Shown here in pieces: positions 1 through 9,750 of a stretch of 64,000 nt of DNA. The position numbers and the translations under genes were made by a program. Source of the DNA: an uncultured Lachnospiraceae bacterium (lineage in GTDB: Bacteria > Bacillota > Clostridia > Lachnospirales > Lachnospiraceae); NCBI GenBank assembly GCA_910578335.1, contig CAJTPU010000005.1, positions 68,595 through 132,594 of the forward strand, read 5' to 3'. Every line of letters starts with the position of its first letter. Positions within the stretch are counted from its first letter, which is position 1. Under the pieces are notes generated by a model. That model did no database searches. It was not told the origin of the DNA and saw only the letters and a program-made list of their open reading frames with translations.

Positions 1-248
1 TCCGTCATATCAGCAGACCATCGGATTTCCCATTGGCCGTCTACCGCCTCAGCTATCGGGATGATAAAATGATTTGTTACATTGCCAATTCCGGGATAAT
101 ACTGCACAATCAGCTGATCCTCTGTTGCTGATGTCACGAACCCGGCTTTCCCTTCATTCCATGTGCGGTGCTTGCCCCAAAGCAGGTGCCCCCGCTCAAT
201 TTCGCCCAAGTCAAATACTGCTCTTGGATTTTCTGTCACCAGTGCCAT
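1..248 (-). CDS. Phage structural-module protein, N-terminal 82 codons only (the gene runs off the window start)
   Basis: ATG at 248 with GGAGG about 9 nt upstream. The frame is open to base 1. It is absent from the ORF track because there is no stop in the window. Confidence 0.55.
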   Translation of the reverse strand, partial: MALVTENPRAVFDLGEIERGHLLWGKHRTWNEGKAGFVTSATEDQLIVQYYPGIGNVTNHFIIPIAEAVDGQWEIRWSADMT

Positions 249-261
249 ATTGCTCTACCTC

Positions 262-717
262 CTATGTGTAAGGCTCACTGTAAATCCTCTGGATTTCTGG
301 TGTGGCCTCCTGCTTGATTTTCTCCACAAATGGCCTTGGAGCCATTCTGGACGTTCCATTTTCCAGGTGGACAGCATAGGACTCCTGGCTTTCTAATTCT
401 GCCAAAATAGCAATCCCTCCACCGGAAGAATTTTCGCTCTTTACCTGTCCGTTCCAGTGCATACGGAGATTTCCTGTACGTCTGGCCGGTGGCTCACCTG
501 GGGCTGATGCTGTATAGGTGGCTTTGCTGAAAGGCTTTCTGTAGACTCTTCCGCTACGCTGGCCTTTCAATACCTCCAGCTCTGCGTTTCGTATTGCGTT
601 GACTGCCCGGACTCCCCTCGAAACTACTTTCCGGTTGATGTTCGCTACCTGGTCCTTTACAGTTGCCCGGATAGCACTGCCTGCACTGCCTGCTTTTCCA
701 TCTACCCATAATTTCAC
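262..717 (-). CDS. HK97 gp10-family head-tail / tail-completion protein
   Basis: 151 aa, placed after the head-closure genes. gp10-like pattern (GEPPARRTGNLR ... ENGTSRMAPRPF). Confidence 0.6.
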   Translation of the reverse strand: MKLWVDGKAGSAGSAIRATVKDQVANINRKVVSRGVRAVNAIRNAELEVLKGQRSGRVYRKPFSKATYTASAPGEPPARRTGNLRMHWNGQVKSENSSGGGIAILAELESQESYAVHLENGTSRMAPRPFVEKIKQEATPEIQRIYSEPYT

Positions 718-1070
718 TTTACATCCCGCCTTTCTTCGGCATAGTATATCGTTGATATTCCAAGGGAGCCGGCATCATCAATATCAACAATATAAAACAC
801 ACGCTCTCCAAGCACCAGTTTATCGGTACGTTTTGCCTTCGGACTACCAGCCTGCACAATGGTATGGGTAACAATATGGTCTTTCTGGCTGTGGTTTGTC
901 CGATCCTCGTCAGATGCCTCTGCAAGACATCCTTTCAATGTCTTTGTCCCATCACCAGTATGGCAATTTGCCACCCTCCCTGTGCTTGTCACAACCTGCT
1001 TATTCCCTTCGATAATGAAGTCTTTGAACAGATTCCCCGGCCTTACATACATCATTCTCGTATTGTTCAT
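714..1070 (-). CDS. Head-closure / head-tail adaptor protein (tentative)
   Basis: 118 aa, translationally coupled (4-nt overlaps) between a connector-like gene and the gp10-like gene. Confidence 0.4.
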   Translation of the reverse strand: MNNTRMMYVRPGNLFKDFIIEGNKQVVTSTGRVANCHTGDGTKTLKGCLAEASDEDRTNHSQKDHIVTHTIVQAGSPKAKRTDKLVLGERVFYIVDIDDAGSLGISTIYYAEERRDVK

Positions 1071-1480
1071 CTGTTCCTCGCCCTCTCATTCTGCTGCATA
1101 CCGGCATAAAAATACGGAGGCTTATTATGCGCTCCGTTTCTGAACTGCGGTATGCTACAGGACTCTGCTGATACCTCCTTTTTCAATTTATCATAGTCCT
1201 CCCGCCACAGCTTTGCTCTTTCCTGCATATACAACTGCAAAGGCCCGGTCTTTGTGTCAACCTCATAGGCGAAACGACGGCATAAGCTCTCCAGCAAAAA
1301 GAGCTTTGCCCTCTTCCATGATTTCGGATATGACTCAATCGCCGCCTGGATTTCCTCGTCAGTCAGTGCCGTAGTATCAGAAAGACCTTCCACCATCGTA
1401 TCACCCAACTCAAACCTCATTCGGTCCTTGCCAAATTCTTTGAGCTTTCCCGGATCATACGTGTATGCACCTTTTGCCAT
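1067..1480 (-). CDS. Head-tail connector-like protein (tentative)
   Basis: 137 aa. Position and size are typical of gp6-like connectors. No motif was recognised. Confidence 0.3.
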   Translation of the reverse strand: MAKGAYTYDPGKLKEFGKDRMRFELGDTMVEGLSDTTALTDEEIQAAIESYPKSWKRAKLFLLESLCRRFAYEVDTKTGPLQLYMQERAKLWREDYDKLKKEVSAESCSIPQFRNGAHNKPPYFYAGMQQNERARNR

Positions 1481-2085
1481 TAAGCATCAACTCCCTCTGT
1501 ATCGGGGCCTGTGGTTTCGTTAACCTTGCTGGATTCGTTTGAAACTCCTTCGGTAGAGAATAATTTATCTACCTGCTCTTTTGCCGCATTTTTGACCGTT
1601 TTGCGGCTATCTGCAGCATGGAGAAGAATCAACACATTCTCACTTCTCACATCGGCAATCGCCCTGGCACCATCCTCAGCATTGAGCTGCATAATAGAGA
1701 ACACCTGCTGGATTTCCTCCGGAATTGCAGGAACCGCCGTATACTGCCCATCAGCGGTGCCTTTAACTGCAATCTGAATCGTGCCCTCGTATGCGCCCGG
1801 CTCTGTTTCCTCCAGTTCGGCAACGTGCTCCTGTAGCTCTGCCAGCTGATCCGCCCTTTTCTGTTCTGCCTCTTCTACTGCCTCTGCAATCATTGCTTCA
1901 ACCTGCTCCTGCGTGAAAAGGGCACCGGACTGACCGCCCGATACCCCTATACCTTCATTCACGATGGTAATTACCCCATACTTTTCCTGCAGCTTGACAT
2001 CTGCCACAAGATTTTCCGGTACTTCATCACCGATATAGAACTGCTGACCGCCAAAACTGCAAGGCTTTTTCGCAATCAGTCTCAT
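1480..2085 (-). CDS. Hypothetical phage head-module protein (acidic)
   Basis: 201 aa ORF directly downstream of the capsid gene. Its ATG overlaps the next gene. Confidence 0.5.
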   Translation of the reverse strand: MRLIAKKPCSFGGQQFYIGDEVPENLVADVKLQEKYGVITIVNEGIGVSGGQSGALFTQEQVEAMIAEAVEEAEQKRADQLAELQEHVAELEETEPGAYEGTIQIAVKGTADGQYTAVPAIPEEIQQVFSIMQLNAEDGARAIADVRSENVLILLHAADSRKTVKNAAKEQVDKLFSTEGVSNESSKVNETTGPDTEGVDA

Positions 2086-2097
2086 GGTGTCCCCTCC

Positions 2098-3126
2098 TTA
2101 CACTGCCTCTGCAAAGAACATAGCCAGATCATCCGCTGTCTTTTTCATATCAGCGGCCATAAGACCCTCGATGAACTCAGAATGAGTCCCAGGCTCTCCC
2201 GGATAGCTCAGAACCGGAAGGATATTGCCATTCCCCAGCATATCCCATGTGAAGATATAACCAGCAGAAGGCTCGTCAATGGACGGAGTATCTGTCGCAT
2301 AAGCAAGCAGGAAAGCATTGGGATCACCGATGTACTCCATCTTTGCGTCCTGCCCCAGCTGTGCCTTATTCATGATAGACCTCTGCACCGTAATTCTGTC
2401 AATCTCGAAAAGCTGTGCCAGCACATTCAGCGTAACAGATGCCGGATTCGCCGTAGAGCCGCCGTATTTCACCCTTTCCAGGATTGCCGGATGTCTCTTC
2501 AATGCGTTAAACACATTGACACCCAGCGCCAGTCTGTTCGGCATACGTCCGGTGGTTTCTTCCATTTCTGTTTTCTTATCATCCACAAAGGACACCGGAT
2601 CAGAATTGGCATTACTGAACTTGATGAACTGCTCGGATGTGGGATTGGTAGAGTCCACACCAGTATACTCCTGGTTCCACACACCCTTCTTGAAGAATTT
2701 TCTGGCAAACCATGCGTCCTGATGGATATTCGCCTGCCCAGCCATAGTCTTTGTTCTCTGCTGCTTCGGGTCTGCTACCCTGGGTCCCATTCTGCGGTTG
2801 AGGTCTGTCTGTCTGATCTGGTCGATACCCATAATCATCTGATCCACCACACAGGCATAGGTCTCTGTATGCTCGGAAAGCACTGCCGGATCAACCTTGC
2901 CGTATGCCGGCTTTCTGTGCCAGTTGTCACGTAGCAAATCCTCCTTGTCAAAAATATAGTAATTATCAGAGGACAGTGAAACCGGACAAATCGGGAAAAT
3001 CGTCTTTGCAAAGCTCTTTGCGTCACTCTGGTAGTACGCCAGCGCCATATTGGACAGCGCTGTATGCGGTCTGAAAGCACCCTTCGCAATATCTGCCTGG
3101 ATGCTTGCTGCTGTTCTTTTAGCCAT
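2098..3126 (-). CDS. Major capsid protein (lambda gpE / PBSX XkdG-like family)
   Basis: 342 aa. Follows the decoration-like and scaffold genes. Sequence character is that of E-like capsid proteins. Confidence 0.7.
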   Translation of the reverse strand: MAKRTAASIQADIAKGAFRPHTALSNMALAYYQSDAKSFAKTIFPICPVSLSSDNYYIFDKEDLLRDNWHRKPAYGKVDPAVLSEHTETYACVVDQMIMGIDQIRQTDLNRRMGPRVADPKQQRTKTMAGQANIHQDAWFARKFFKKGVWNQEYTGVDSTNPTSEQFIKFSNANSDPVSFVDDKKTEMEETTGRMPNRLALGVNVFNALKRHPAILERVKYGGSTANPASVTLNVLAQLFEIDRITVQRSIMNKAQLGQDAKMEYIGDPNAFLLAYATDTPSIDEPSAGYIFTWDMLGNGNILPVLSYPGEPGTHSEFIEGLMAADMKKTADDLAMFFAEAV

Positions 3127-3144
3127 TTTTCTTTACCTCCTGCT

Positions 3145-3564
3145 CTAAGCCTTATACTTGGCAATCTGCACTCTGCAGTATTCGTCTTTTGCTACCGCCG
3201 AAAGAGCGATTCCCACTACATAGTTACCGGCCTCGGCCTTGACGGCCAATCCGTCTGATGCAGTAACTTCATCACCTTTGGCAATTTCGCCACCGGCCAG
3301 AATGTAACCGATGTCCTTAATCTGGATGTCAACATCCTCACCGGTGCTTACTTTGCCAGACTCCACACCGGAAATATCATTGATTCCAGCCTCGATCAGC
3401 GCAACTCCTACCAGTACCTTGGAACCATCCGTAGCCAGGACAACATTGCCATCCGTATCGTATGTCATGATTCGGTTTCTTACGTCCGCAATGTCTGCCC
3501 CGGCCTGCTCCACAATAGTCACGCTCTGGTTAATCTGTACTCCGTTGAAATTTCTGTTTCCCAC
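3145..3564 (-). CDS. DUF2190-type head decoration-like protein
   Basis: 139 aa Gly/Val-rich beta-type protein immediately upstream of the capsid gene. Confidence 0.5.
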   Translation of the reverse strand: MGNRNFNGVQINQSVTIVEQAGADIADVRNRIMTYDTDGNVVLATDGSKVLVGVALIEAGINDISGVESGKVSTGEDVDIQIKDIGYILAGGEIAKGDEVTASDGLAVKAEAGNYVVGIALSAVAKDEYCRVQIAKYKA

Positions 3565-3581
3565 TTTCTTATCCTCCTTCC

Positions 3582-4844
3582 TTAGAATCCTGCCTCAGCC
3601 TCATATTCATCCATCAGCTCCGGATTATCTTCCCATGCCTTTGCCATTGCAGAGGCATAGTCCAGGGAAGAATCTTTCTCCATGTACCCCTTCGCAATAG
3701 CCTCTACTTTCGCCTCGGCTGCTCCTACTGTACCGGAACCATGGCCGGACTTGCCGATCTCAGAAAATGCACCAGACTTTTCAACTGTCGCTACAGCCTG
3801 GTCCAGTACGGCGATCATATCATTGTATGCAGTTCCTCCCGCCGCCCTGAGACTCTTGAACAAAGGAACCAGTTCATCCTCTTTCTTGCCGATGATTGCA
3901 TATTTCTTCGCCACCTCGGTAAGCTCCCTGGCCTCTGCATCCTCACGGAATTTCTTCAAACCTTCCAGCTCTGCCCTTACTGCAGGATGCAGGCCCTTGT
4001 AAATGCTGTCGGGTTCTTCTGTGGTCGCTGTGGCATCAGCTGCCGGCTGAGTCACGGACTTGGTAACTGTCGGTTCTGCAGGTGCAGGAGCCGGTGTTGT
4101 CTCTGTGCCGCTGGTCTCCGGAACGGTTTCATCATCCGTACCGTAACGCTTTTCGATGCTCTCCAGGAAAGCTCTCTCCGCATCTGTCAGTTTGCTCTTG
4201 TCAATTTTCATTTCCTCTTCGTCTCCTTTCGGGTTTTCATTATCGTCTGATTCATCTTCCTCAGACTCTTCCTCTGATTTAGCATCTTTGCTGGCCTTTT
4301 CGATTGACTCATTCAGCCTTGCCACTGCCGCTTTCATAATCTCCAGGTCTGCCTCCGATACCTCTTCATTCTTCCTTACAACGCTGGCTGCCTTGCCGCT
4401 GGACCACTTTGAAATGGACTCCTGCACTACTGCATAAAACTCGTCAAGGCTCTCCTGCATTGCTGTCGCTGTGCCGGTGCTGTCCATATCTTCATCGTTC
4501 AGAATCGAACAGAGGGAGGACTGCAATGCATAACAGACGTCCCACATTTCATCAGCTATCTTTCCGTTATTTACAGCATTGATTCTTTCCGTGAAACTCA
4601 TGGAAGAACCTTTCTGTATTTCGTCTATCGCACTGTCGATTTCACTCTGGTCCATACCAGCTGCTTTGCCGATAAAGCCGAACAGCCTTTTCAGTATGTT
4701 TCCAGATTCTTTCTTTTCATCCTCTTCTGTGGCCTGCCCCACCCCATCTTTTCGCTTTATCATTCCGATGTGGGCATCCGGATTAGCACCTTCATCTACA
4801 AAATCTACTTTCTTGATTCTGAGATTTTTAAGTTTTGTTGCCAC
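3582..4844 (-). CDS. Capsid scaffolding protein (acidic, coiled-coil)
   Basis: Strongly acidic, low-complexity middle (EEESEEDESDDNE). The likely start is GTG 4844 behind GGAAAGGAGG. The ORF track start at 4913 has no RBS. Confidence 0.5.
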   Translation of the reverse strand: MATKLKNLRIKKVDFVDEGANPDAHIGMIKRKDGVGQATEEDEKKESGNILKRLFGFIGKAAGMDQSEIDSAIDEIQKGSSMSFTERINAVNNGKIADEMWDVCYALQSSLCSILNDEDMDSTGTATAMQESLDEFYAVVQESISKWSSGKAASVVRKNEEVSEADLEIMKAAVARLNESIEKASKDAKSEEESEEDESDDNENPKGDEEEMKIDKSKLTDAERAFLESIEKRYGTDDETVPETSGTETTPAPAPAEPTVTKSVTQPAADATATTEEPDSIYKGLHPAVRAELEGLKKFREDAEARELTEVAKKYAIIGKKEDELVPLFKSLRAAGGTAYNDMIAVLDQAVATVEKSGAFSEIGKSGHGSGTVGAAEAKVEAIAKGYMEKDSSLDYASAMAKAWEDNPELMDEYEAEAGF

Positions 4845-4922
4845 TTTGCCGCCTCCTTTCCATGGATTTATAAAACAAATGGCACCCTTTCCGGATGCCG
4901 CTTGATTTATCAAAAATATGTG

Positions 4923-4955
4923 CTACCTATGCCCTTTTTACGGTTTCATAGGTAG
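4923..4955 (-). other. Hairpin between the XkdF-like and scaffold genes (CTACCTATG / CATAGGTAG, 15-nt loop)
   Basis: Read directly from the sequence. Confidence 0.5.
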
Positions 4956-4999
4956 GATTATAAGGTTTGAGCTACTGAAAAACGCAATACACCCCATTT

Positions 5000-5458
5000 C
5001 TATACGGTGTTTTCTTCCTCAACCTCCACTCTTTCCGCCTCTCCCTCAATAGAGAACATCGGGTAAGTGCCATCTTTTACCTTTTTCCATACATCTTCAT
5101 CAAGGACTTTGAACCCAATCCACCAACCAACCGGGAGAGTTCCTACCGGAATACCCATGACCTGCATTTTTTCTTCCGTAAAGACAACGCTCTCTATGAG
5201 GACAGCGACACCGCCTCTTTCGTGCATTTCTCCGCCATCTCCATACAACCTAACATATTCATAAGCTGCAGACTCCAGCTCTTCCGGTTCGATAATGTCA
5301 CCTTGCCAGTCCTCAATCAATTCTCCGTCAACTCTCATGGACACATTCGCCCATCCAAAGGCAAGCATTTTTTCATCATCAGATTTCATAATCTTAAACC
5401 GGCCCTTTATGACGTTATCTGAGATTGACTTCTCAATCAGTTCTGAAAACTTCTTCAT
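5000..5458 (-). CDS. XkdF-like protein (putative prohead protease-like domain)
   Basis: 152 aa between the head-morphogenesis and scaffold genes, as in PBSX. The similarity was judged by eye. Confidence 0.45.
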   Translation of the reverse strand: MKKFSELIEKSISDNVIKGRFKIMKSDDEKMLAFGWANVSMRVDGELIEDWQGDIIEPEELESAAYEYVRLYGDGGEMHERGGVAVLIESVVFTEEKMQVMGIPVGTLPVGWWIGFKVLDEDVWKKVKDGTYPMFSIEGEAERVEVEEENTV

Positions 5459-5462
5459 TCCC

Positions 5463-6428
5463 TCACTTCCTTCCGCTGTATGGTGTTTCCTCTATATACT
5501 CGATTGCACAGGCGCATTTGGGGTGTGCCGGTGGCAATAACTTATGCCCTCTGAAAAGCACTCTGCCCTTGAAGTCAAACTCTGCGTCCATATCAATCTC
5601 TGTCCCCTCCAGGGATGCACAGATTTCACAAACAGCATCATCGCCGGATGTACTCCACCTTTTTTTCACAATCCCCAGATATCCTTCTGCCTGGGCCTGC
5701 CGGATTCCTTCGTCAGCTCCCCGGTTATACGCAAAAGCGCTCTCGGTCTGGGCAATTGTGAAGGCTCTCTCCCTATGCTGCCTCTCCGCATATTTCATTG
5801 CCGCATCTCTTGCCTTTTTCCGGATGCTCTCAATCTTCATTCGGGGATGCTCTTTTCTGAGGTTAGCCACTATGTTGTCATAGTATCTTGCATTTGCCTT
5901 TGCCTGCCCTTCGGTAAGACCGATACAGGGACGAATCAGCCTCGCCAGTTCATCCACTGTATGCCCCTCTCTCATTTTCTTCGTAAGAAGAGCGGCAATA
6001 GCGTCCTGCTGCTCTTGGGTGCATACCGTGACAAAATTGGCGCCACGCTCTTTCAGCCAGTCGAATATACCGGGTGTCTGCGTATTAAACTCAAAAGCAA
6101 GGCCATCAAGGATTGGCTGTCCCTTTGGTCCTGCCTCTATTGCCTTCGTCCACATATTGTTCAGCCTATCGGCTACCAGTATGGAGTAATCCTGCCGCCA
6201 TAGTTCCAGAGTTTCAGTAGTAAGAGCGCCATCAAGCACCGCCTGTCTGAGTTCCTGGTAGGTAATTGCGTCCTGCTGATCCTTCCAGAATCCGCATAGG
6301 ATTTCAACCGGATCGTCGCACTCGCTTTCCAGATACGCTTCAAGCCTTCGTAGGACCTCTTGGCCGTTTTTTGTCTTTACCTTCCGTACACGTCTGGCCG
6401 GAACGATTCTTATTGACATGGACAGCAC
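5463..6428 (-). CDS. Phage head morphogenesis protein (SPP1 gp7 / Mu F family)
   Basis: 321 aa directly after the portal gene. C-terminal CEICASLEG...HPKCAC motif is typical of Mu-F-like proteins. Confidence 0.7.
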   Translation of the reverse strand: MLSMSIRIVPARRVRKVKTKNGQEVLRRLEAYLESECDDPVEILCGFWKDQQDAITYQELRQAVLDGALTTETLELWRQDYSILVADRLNNMWTKAIEAGPKGQPILDGLAFEFNTQTPGIFDWLKERGANFVTVCTQEQQDAIAALLTKKMREGHTVDELARLIRPCIGLTEGQAKANARYYDNIVANLRKEHPRMKIESIRKKARDAAMKYAERQHRERAFTIAQTESAFAYNRGADEGIRQAQAEGYLGIVKKRWSTSGDDAVCEICASLEGTEIDMDAEFDFKGRVLFRGHKLLPPAHPKCACAIEYIEETPYSGRK

Positions 6429-7821
6429 TCCTTCCTAGCCGCTTTTTGGCCTCTTCTGCTTTTTCCTCCGGGATTTCCTCGCCTTCCTCGCTTGATTCTG
6501 TGCCTGCGGCTGTTTCCGGCTCTGGCGGCTGGTTCTGTTCCTGCTGTTCCTGCCGTGTACGGTCAAGTTCCCTGGTATCGGAGGTCCTTTCCGGAAGATG
6601 CCCAACCTGCCGGATATAATCCTCCAGACCATCATCCGGCACCAAAACACCGATTCCTGTCATATCTTTGATGAATGCCGCAACCTTCGTGATGTCTGCA
6701 TCCTCAATGTCTCCATGCGTCATTTTGGGGTATTCCGTAATTCCGGCAAAATGCTGGCCGTTAATATCTATCAGCGATGGTATGCCCTGGCTATTGAACG
6801 TCTCACAAATAATATCCAGAAACGCTCCTATAGCAACTGCAAACAACTCCGTCTTGTCAGAACTCAGCGCCCAACTTCCTGTCTTGTCATGGCCCAGAAA
6901 AATAAAATCCGCTAATACCGTCATGGCAATTCTGGTATCGTAGCGGTTGATAATTGAATTAGTATCAAATTGTCTGGTTCCGCCAGAGCTAAGAAGTTCC
7001 AGCTTGTAACCAGCTGGAAGGACAACGCCCTCCATTTCATCCCTTCGGATGTTTCTGACTATGCTTTCCAATCCGGATACAATCTCAGCGTTCTCTGGAA
7101 TGTTTTTGTCCCATAGGTCTGTACCCTCTGGCCCATATATTACCGGAAGGCCAGCCAGGTCTCTCTCGATGCCTATTCCCTCAATCTCCTGGATTCTCCG
7201 TTTGAAGTACCAGGATCGGTACGCATTTCTCAGGATGCTCCTTCCCTCTGGATTGTTCTTGCGGCTTTTCGTCCGGAAGAGCAATGCCTTTTCCATGGGA
7301 ATCGTGAACGTCCCAAAGTCTGGAGGTGGCATCTGAGTCATTCCCAGCAAATTGTCCTCATTGTCATATTCCCACTGATAAAGAGTTTCCTGCGCCCTTA
7401 TCGGAAGTTTCTTCCATCCAATCAGACCATCGTTGAACTTGCTCTTTGTCCGTGAGTCTTTCGTATTCCCCATGCGCCGCTTATACACAATTTCGTGAAA
7501 GCTCCAGCCATAGGTGAGGAAAGACAGAATTTCCGATATGGTGTCAATCCATGTGTCCTGCATATCATTCATGCAGCTCTCCACAAATTCAGCAGCCTCT
7601 TTATCCTTTGCAGTATCTCCACCGGGTTCAATATTCCAGTCGCATTGCCTCACCAGCATTTCAATCGCAAAAAGGATAGCGCCCACTATATCGTCATTCT
7701 CAGACATTTCCCGGTAGACTTCTATCCCTCTTTTTCCTCTCAACTCATGCAGGAACTCTTCATAAATCGTCCCGCCATACCGCCGCTGTCCTATGCGCCC
7801 GATTTCTTTGCCACTAGCCAT
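6340..7821 (-). CDS. Portal protein (Mu gp29/DUF935-like)
   Basis: 493 aa between TerL and the Mu-F-like gene, with an acidic C-terminus. Confidence 0.75.
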   Translation of the reverse strand: MASGKEIGRIGQRRYGGTIYEEFLHELRGKRGIEVYREMSENDDIVGAILFAIEMLVRQCDWNIEPGGDTAKDKEAAEFVESCMNDMQDTWIDTISEILSFLTYGWSFHEIVYKRRMGNTKDSRTKSKFNDGLIGWKKLPIRAQETLYQWEYDNEDNLLGMTQMPPPDFGTFTIPMEKALLFRTKSRKNNPEGRSILRNAYRSWYFKRRIQEIEGIGIERDLAGLPVIYGPEGTDLWDKNIPENAEIVSGLESIVRNIRRDEMEGVVLPAGYKLELLSSGGTRQFDTNSIINRYDTRIAMTVLADFIFLGHDKTGSWALSSDKTELFAVAIGAFLDIICETFNSQGIPSLIDINGQHFAGITEYPKMTHGDIEDADITKVAAFIKDMTGIGVLVPDDGLEDYIRQVGHLPERTSDTRELDRTRQEQQEQNQPPEPETAAGTESSEEGEEIPEEKAEEAKKRLGRSAVHVNKNRSGQTCTEGKDKKRPRGPTKA

Positions 7822-7832
7822 CTGTTCTCACC

Positions 7833-9281
7833 TCACTTTCTCCAATAACTGCTCTTTCCTAAACTGCTTTCTACTGGCGGTGCCGAATATGTTGCCCCAC
7901 TCTCTATCTCATTGAATGCAGAACTGCTACCATCCACCATATCCTTGAATTTTGACTGCGGGAAATTCTCCATCTGATTGAAATACATTTCATTCCAGTC
8001 TGCAATCAGCACATCCACATTCCCTTTATCCATTCCTTCCAGACCGAGCCATTGTGCTGAAAGAGGCTCTGCCCTTGTAATCTTGTCGCCGGACTCTGGC
8101 AGTATCTTCACAGTAAATCCAGACAAAAGTTTCAAGTAACTTTGCGCCTGGTCCTTTCCTGCCTGGCCTGGGTCCTGGGGAAGTCTCGTTATTACTCTTC
8201 CATGCTTTGCCCTATCAGTTATGCAGGTCATTTTGATTAACTCCCTTACCTCTGCTGAATCACAGCGGCGATTGATAACATCGGCTATTATGTATCGGCC
8301 ATTCTTTCGCTTACCGATCAGCACACCCGCCGTATATGCAGGCTCACCGTCCTCGTCCTCTGAGGTTGCTGCCAAGTCCCAGCCTCTCGCCCAGAGGATC
8401 ACATCCGTAGGTAGTGCCTCCAGCATATTAACTTTGGTCTTCTTGAACATCAGTCCTGCCGCCGCTTTTATTTTCCAGTTTCCATACAGCAATCGCTCTC
8501 TTTCCACAAGGGCCAGGGCGAGCAGATTTGCCATGTAGCCGGGGTCGTTTTTCATCAAAATCTTATTATCCTGCAGTGTGCTGGCAATGAACGTAACACT
8601 CTTTGCCATAATCACGGCCTTTTCATAATCCATGCCGTTCTCTATCGCCGCATTAACGGCCTCTTCCTTAGTGCCAAACCAGTAGATTACCTCATTCAGA
8701 CGTACCATCCACCTTACTTTTCCGGATCGGTCTGCGATTGGATATCCTGTCTCCTGGTCTATCCACCACTTTATGAACTCAGCTACCCACGAATCAGCGT
8801 CCGGATTGCAGGTCGCCCTCACATACGGAGATATGCCGGAATCTGTCCGGTTTCTGGATAGCATATAGAAAAACTGATACTCGCTGAAATGTGTCAGCTC
8901 GTCAAACCCTATCATTGTTACCTGGGAGCCTTGCCATGAGAGGCAATCTTCATCACTTCCCAGGTGTGCAAAATTGACCGATGCACCACTCGGAAATATC
9001 CAGTGTAGTTTTGGTGTCTTTAACGGATAACAACCTTTCACGTAGCTGTAAATCTTTTTACTGCTGTCCCATAAACCACCTGGAGAAGTCACCTGGGTAT
9101 AATCCCTACGGAAGATAACCGCATTGAAATTCTTATTGTTCTTATGCCTCAGAGCCTCCAAAAGCAATCCGAAGGTTTTTCCCCCTCCGGCAGCTCCACC
9201 ATATATGCAAATATCTGCAGGTGTGGCAAGGAACATTTCTTGCGGGCCTTTCTGCGGCGCCAAAATGATTTTCGTACTCAT
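7833..9281 (-). CDS. terL: Terminase large subunit
   Basis: Walker A YGGAAGGGKTFG near the N-terminus. 482 aa. Overlaps the terS stop. Confidence 0.85.
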   Translation of the reverse strand: MSTKIILAPQKGPQEMFLATPADICIYGGAAGGGKTFGLLLEALRHKNNKNFNAVIFRRDYTQVTSPGGLWDSSKKIYSYVKGCYPLKTPKLHWIFPSGASVNFAHLGSDEDCLSWQGSQVTMIGFDELTHFSEYQFFYMLSRNRTDSGISPYVRATCNPDADSWVAEFIKWWIDQETGYPIADRSGKVRWMVRLNEVIYWFGTKEEAVNAAIENGMDYEKAVIMAKSVTFIASTLQDNKILMKNDPGYMANLLALALVERERLLYGNWKIKAAAGLMFKKTKVNMLEALPTDVILWARGWDLAATSEDEDGEPAYTAGVLIGKRKNGRYIIADVINRRCDSAEVRELIKMTCITDRAKHGRVITRLPQDPGQAGKDQAQSYLKLLSGFTVKILPESGDKITRAEPLSAQWLGLEGMDKGNVDVLIADWNEMYFNQMENFPQSKFKDMVDGSSSAFNEIESGATYSAPPVESSLGKSSYWRK

Positions 9282-9742
9282 TCATCATCCCTCCCGTTGT
9301 CCGGAAGATAAATCTGAACTTCCGTGTCACCATCGCCTCCAGACTGGATGTAATCCTGCGGTCTATCCTGCCAGCGCTCCCTCTGCCTGTTTTTCAACCA
9401 GAAACATTGAGCCGCCACACTTGGCTGGACGTGTTTCTTTGTAGTCTCTACTCTGACAGGCTTCACCTTACCGTCTTTGTCTACCTCGACAATTTTCTTT
9501 TCCTCGGTGTATTCGTAGCCGGTTGCCATCTTATACAGGCTCCGGATTACCTTTGCGTCCGAAACAGCTTTCCCTTCTGCCAGTGCCTTGCCAAATGATT
9601 CGTGGTCCTTGGCCCAGCGGAGAATGGTTCGTTTCGAGACACCCATTGCTTCGGCTATCTCTTCATTGGTGGCACCCATTGCGGCCATAGACCACGCCCA
9701 ATCATCGTGGTATAGGGCATTGTACTTCGGCTGTGCCGCCAT
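9278..9742 (-). CDS. terS: Terminase small subunit (HTH)
   Basis: 154 aa with the HTH EIAEAMGVSKRTILRWAK, immediately upstream of terL. Confidence 0.65.
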   Translation of the reverse strand: MAAQPKYNALYHDDWAWSMAAMGATNEEIAEAMGVSKRTILRWAKDHESFGKALAEGKAVSDAKVIRSLYKMATGYEYTEEKKIVEVDKDGKVKPVRVETTKKHVQPSVAAQCFWLKNRQRERWQDRPQDYIQSGGDGDTEVQIYLPDNGRDDE

Positions 9743-9750
9743 ACAATTTC

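Noticed and set aside
2182-2934. 250-aa + strand ORF inside the capsid gene region.
   Set aside because: It is antisense to the major capsid gene, and its Cys/His/Arg-rich translation is typical of a shadow frame.
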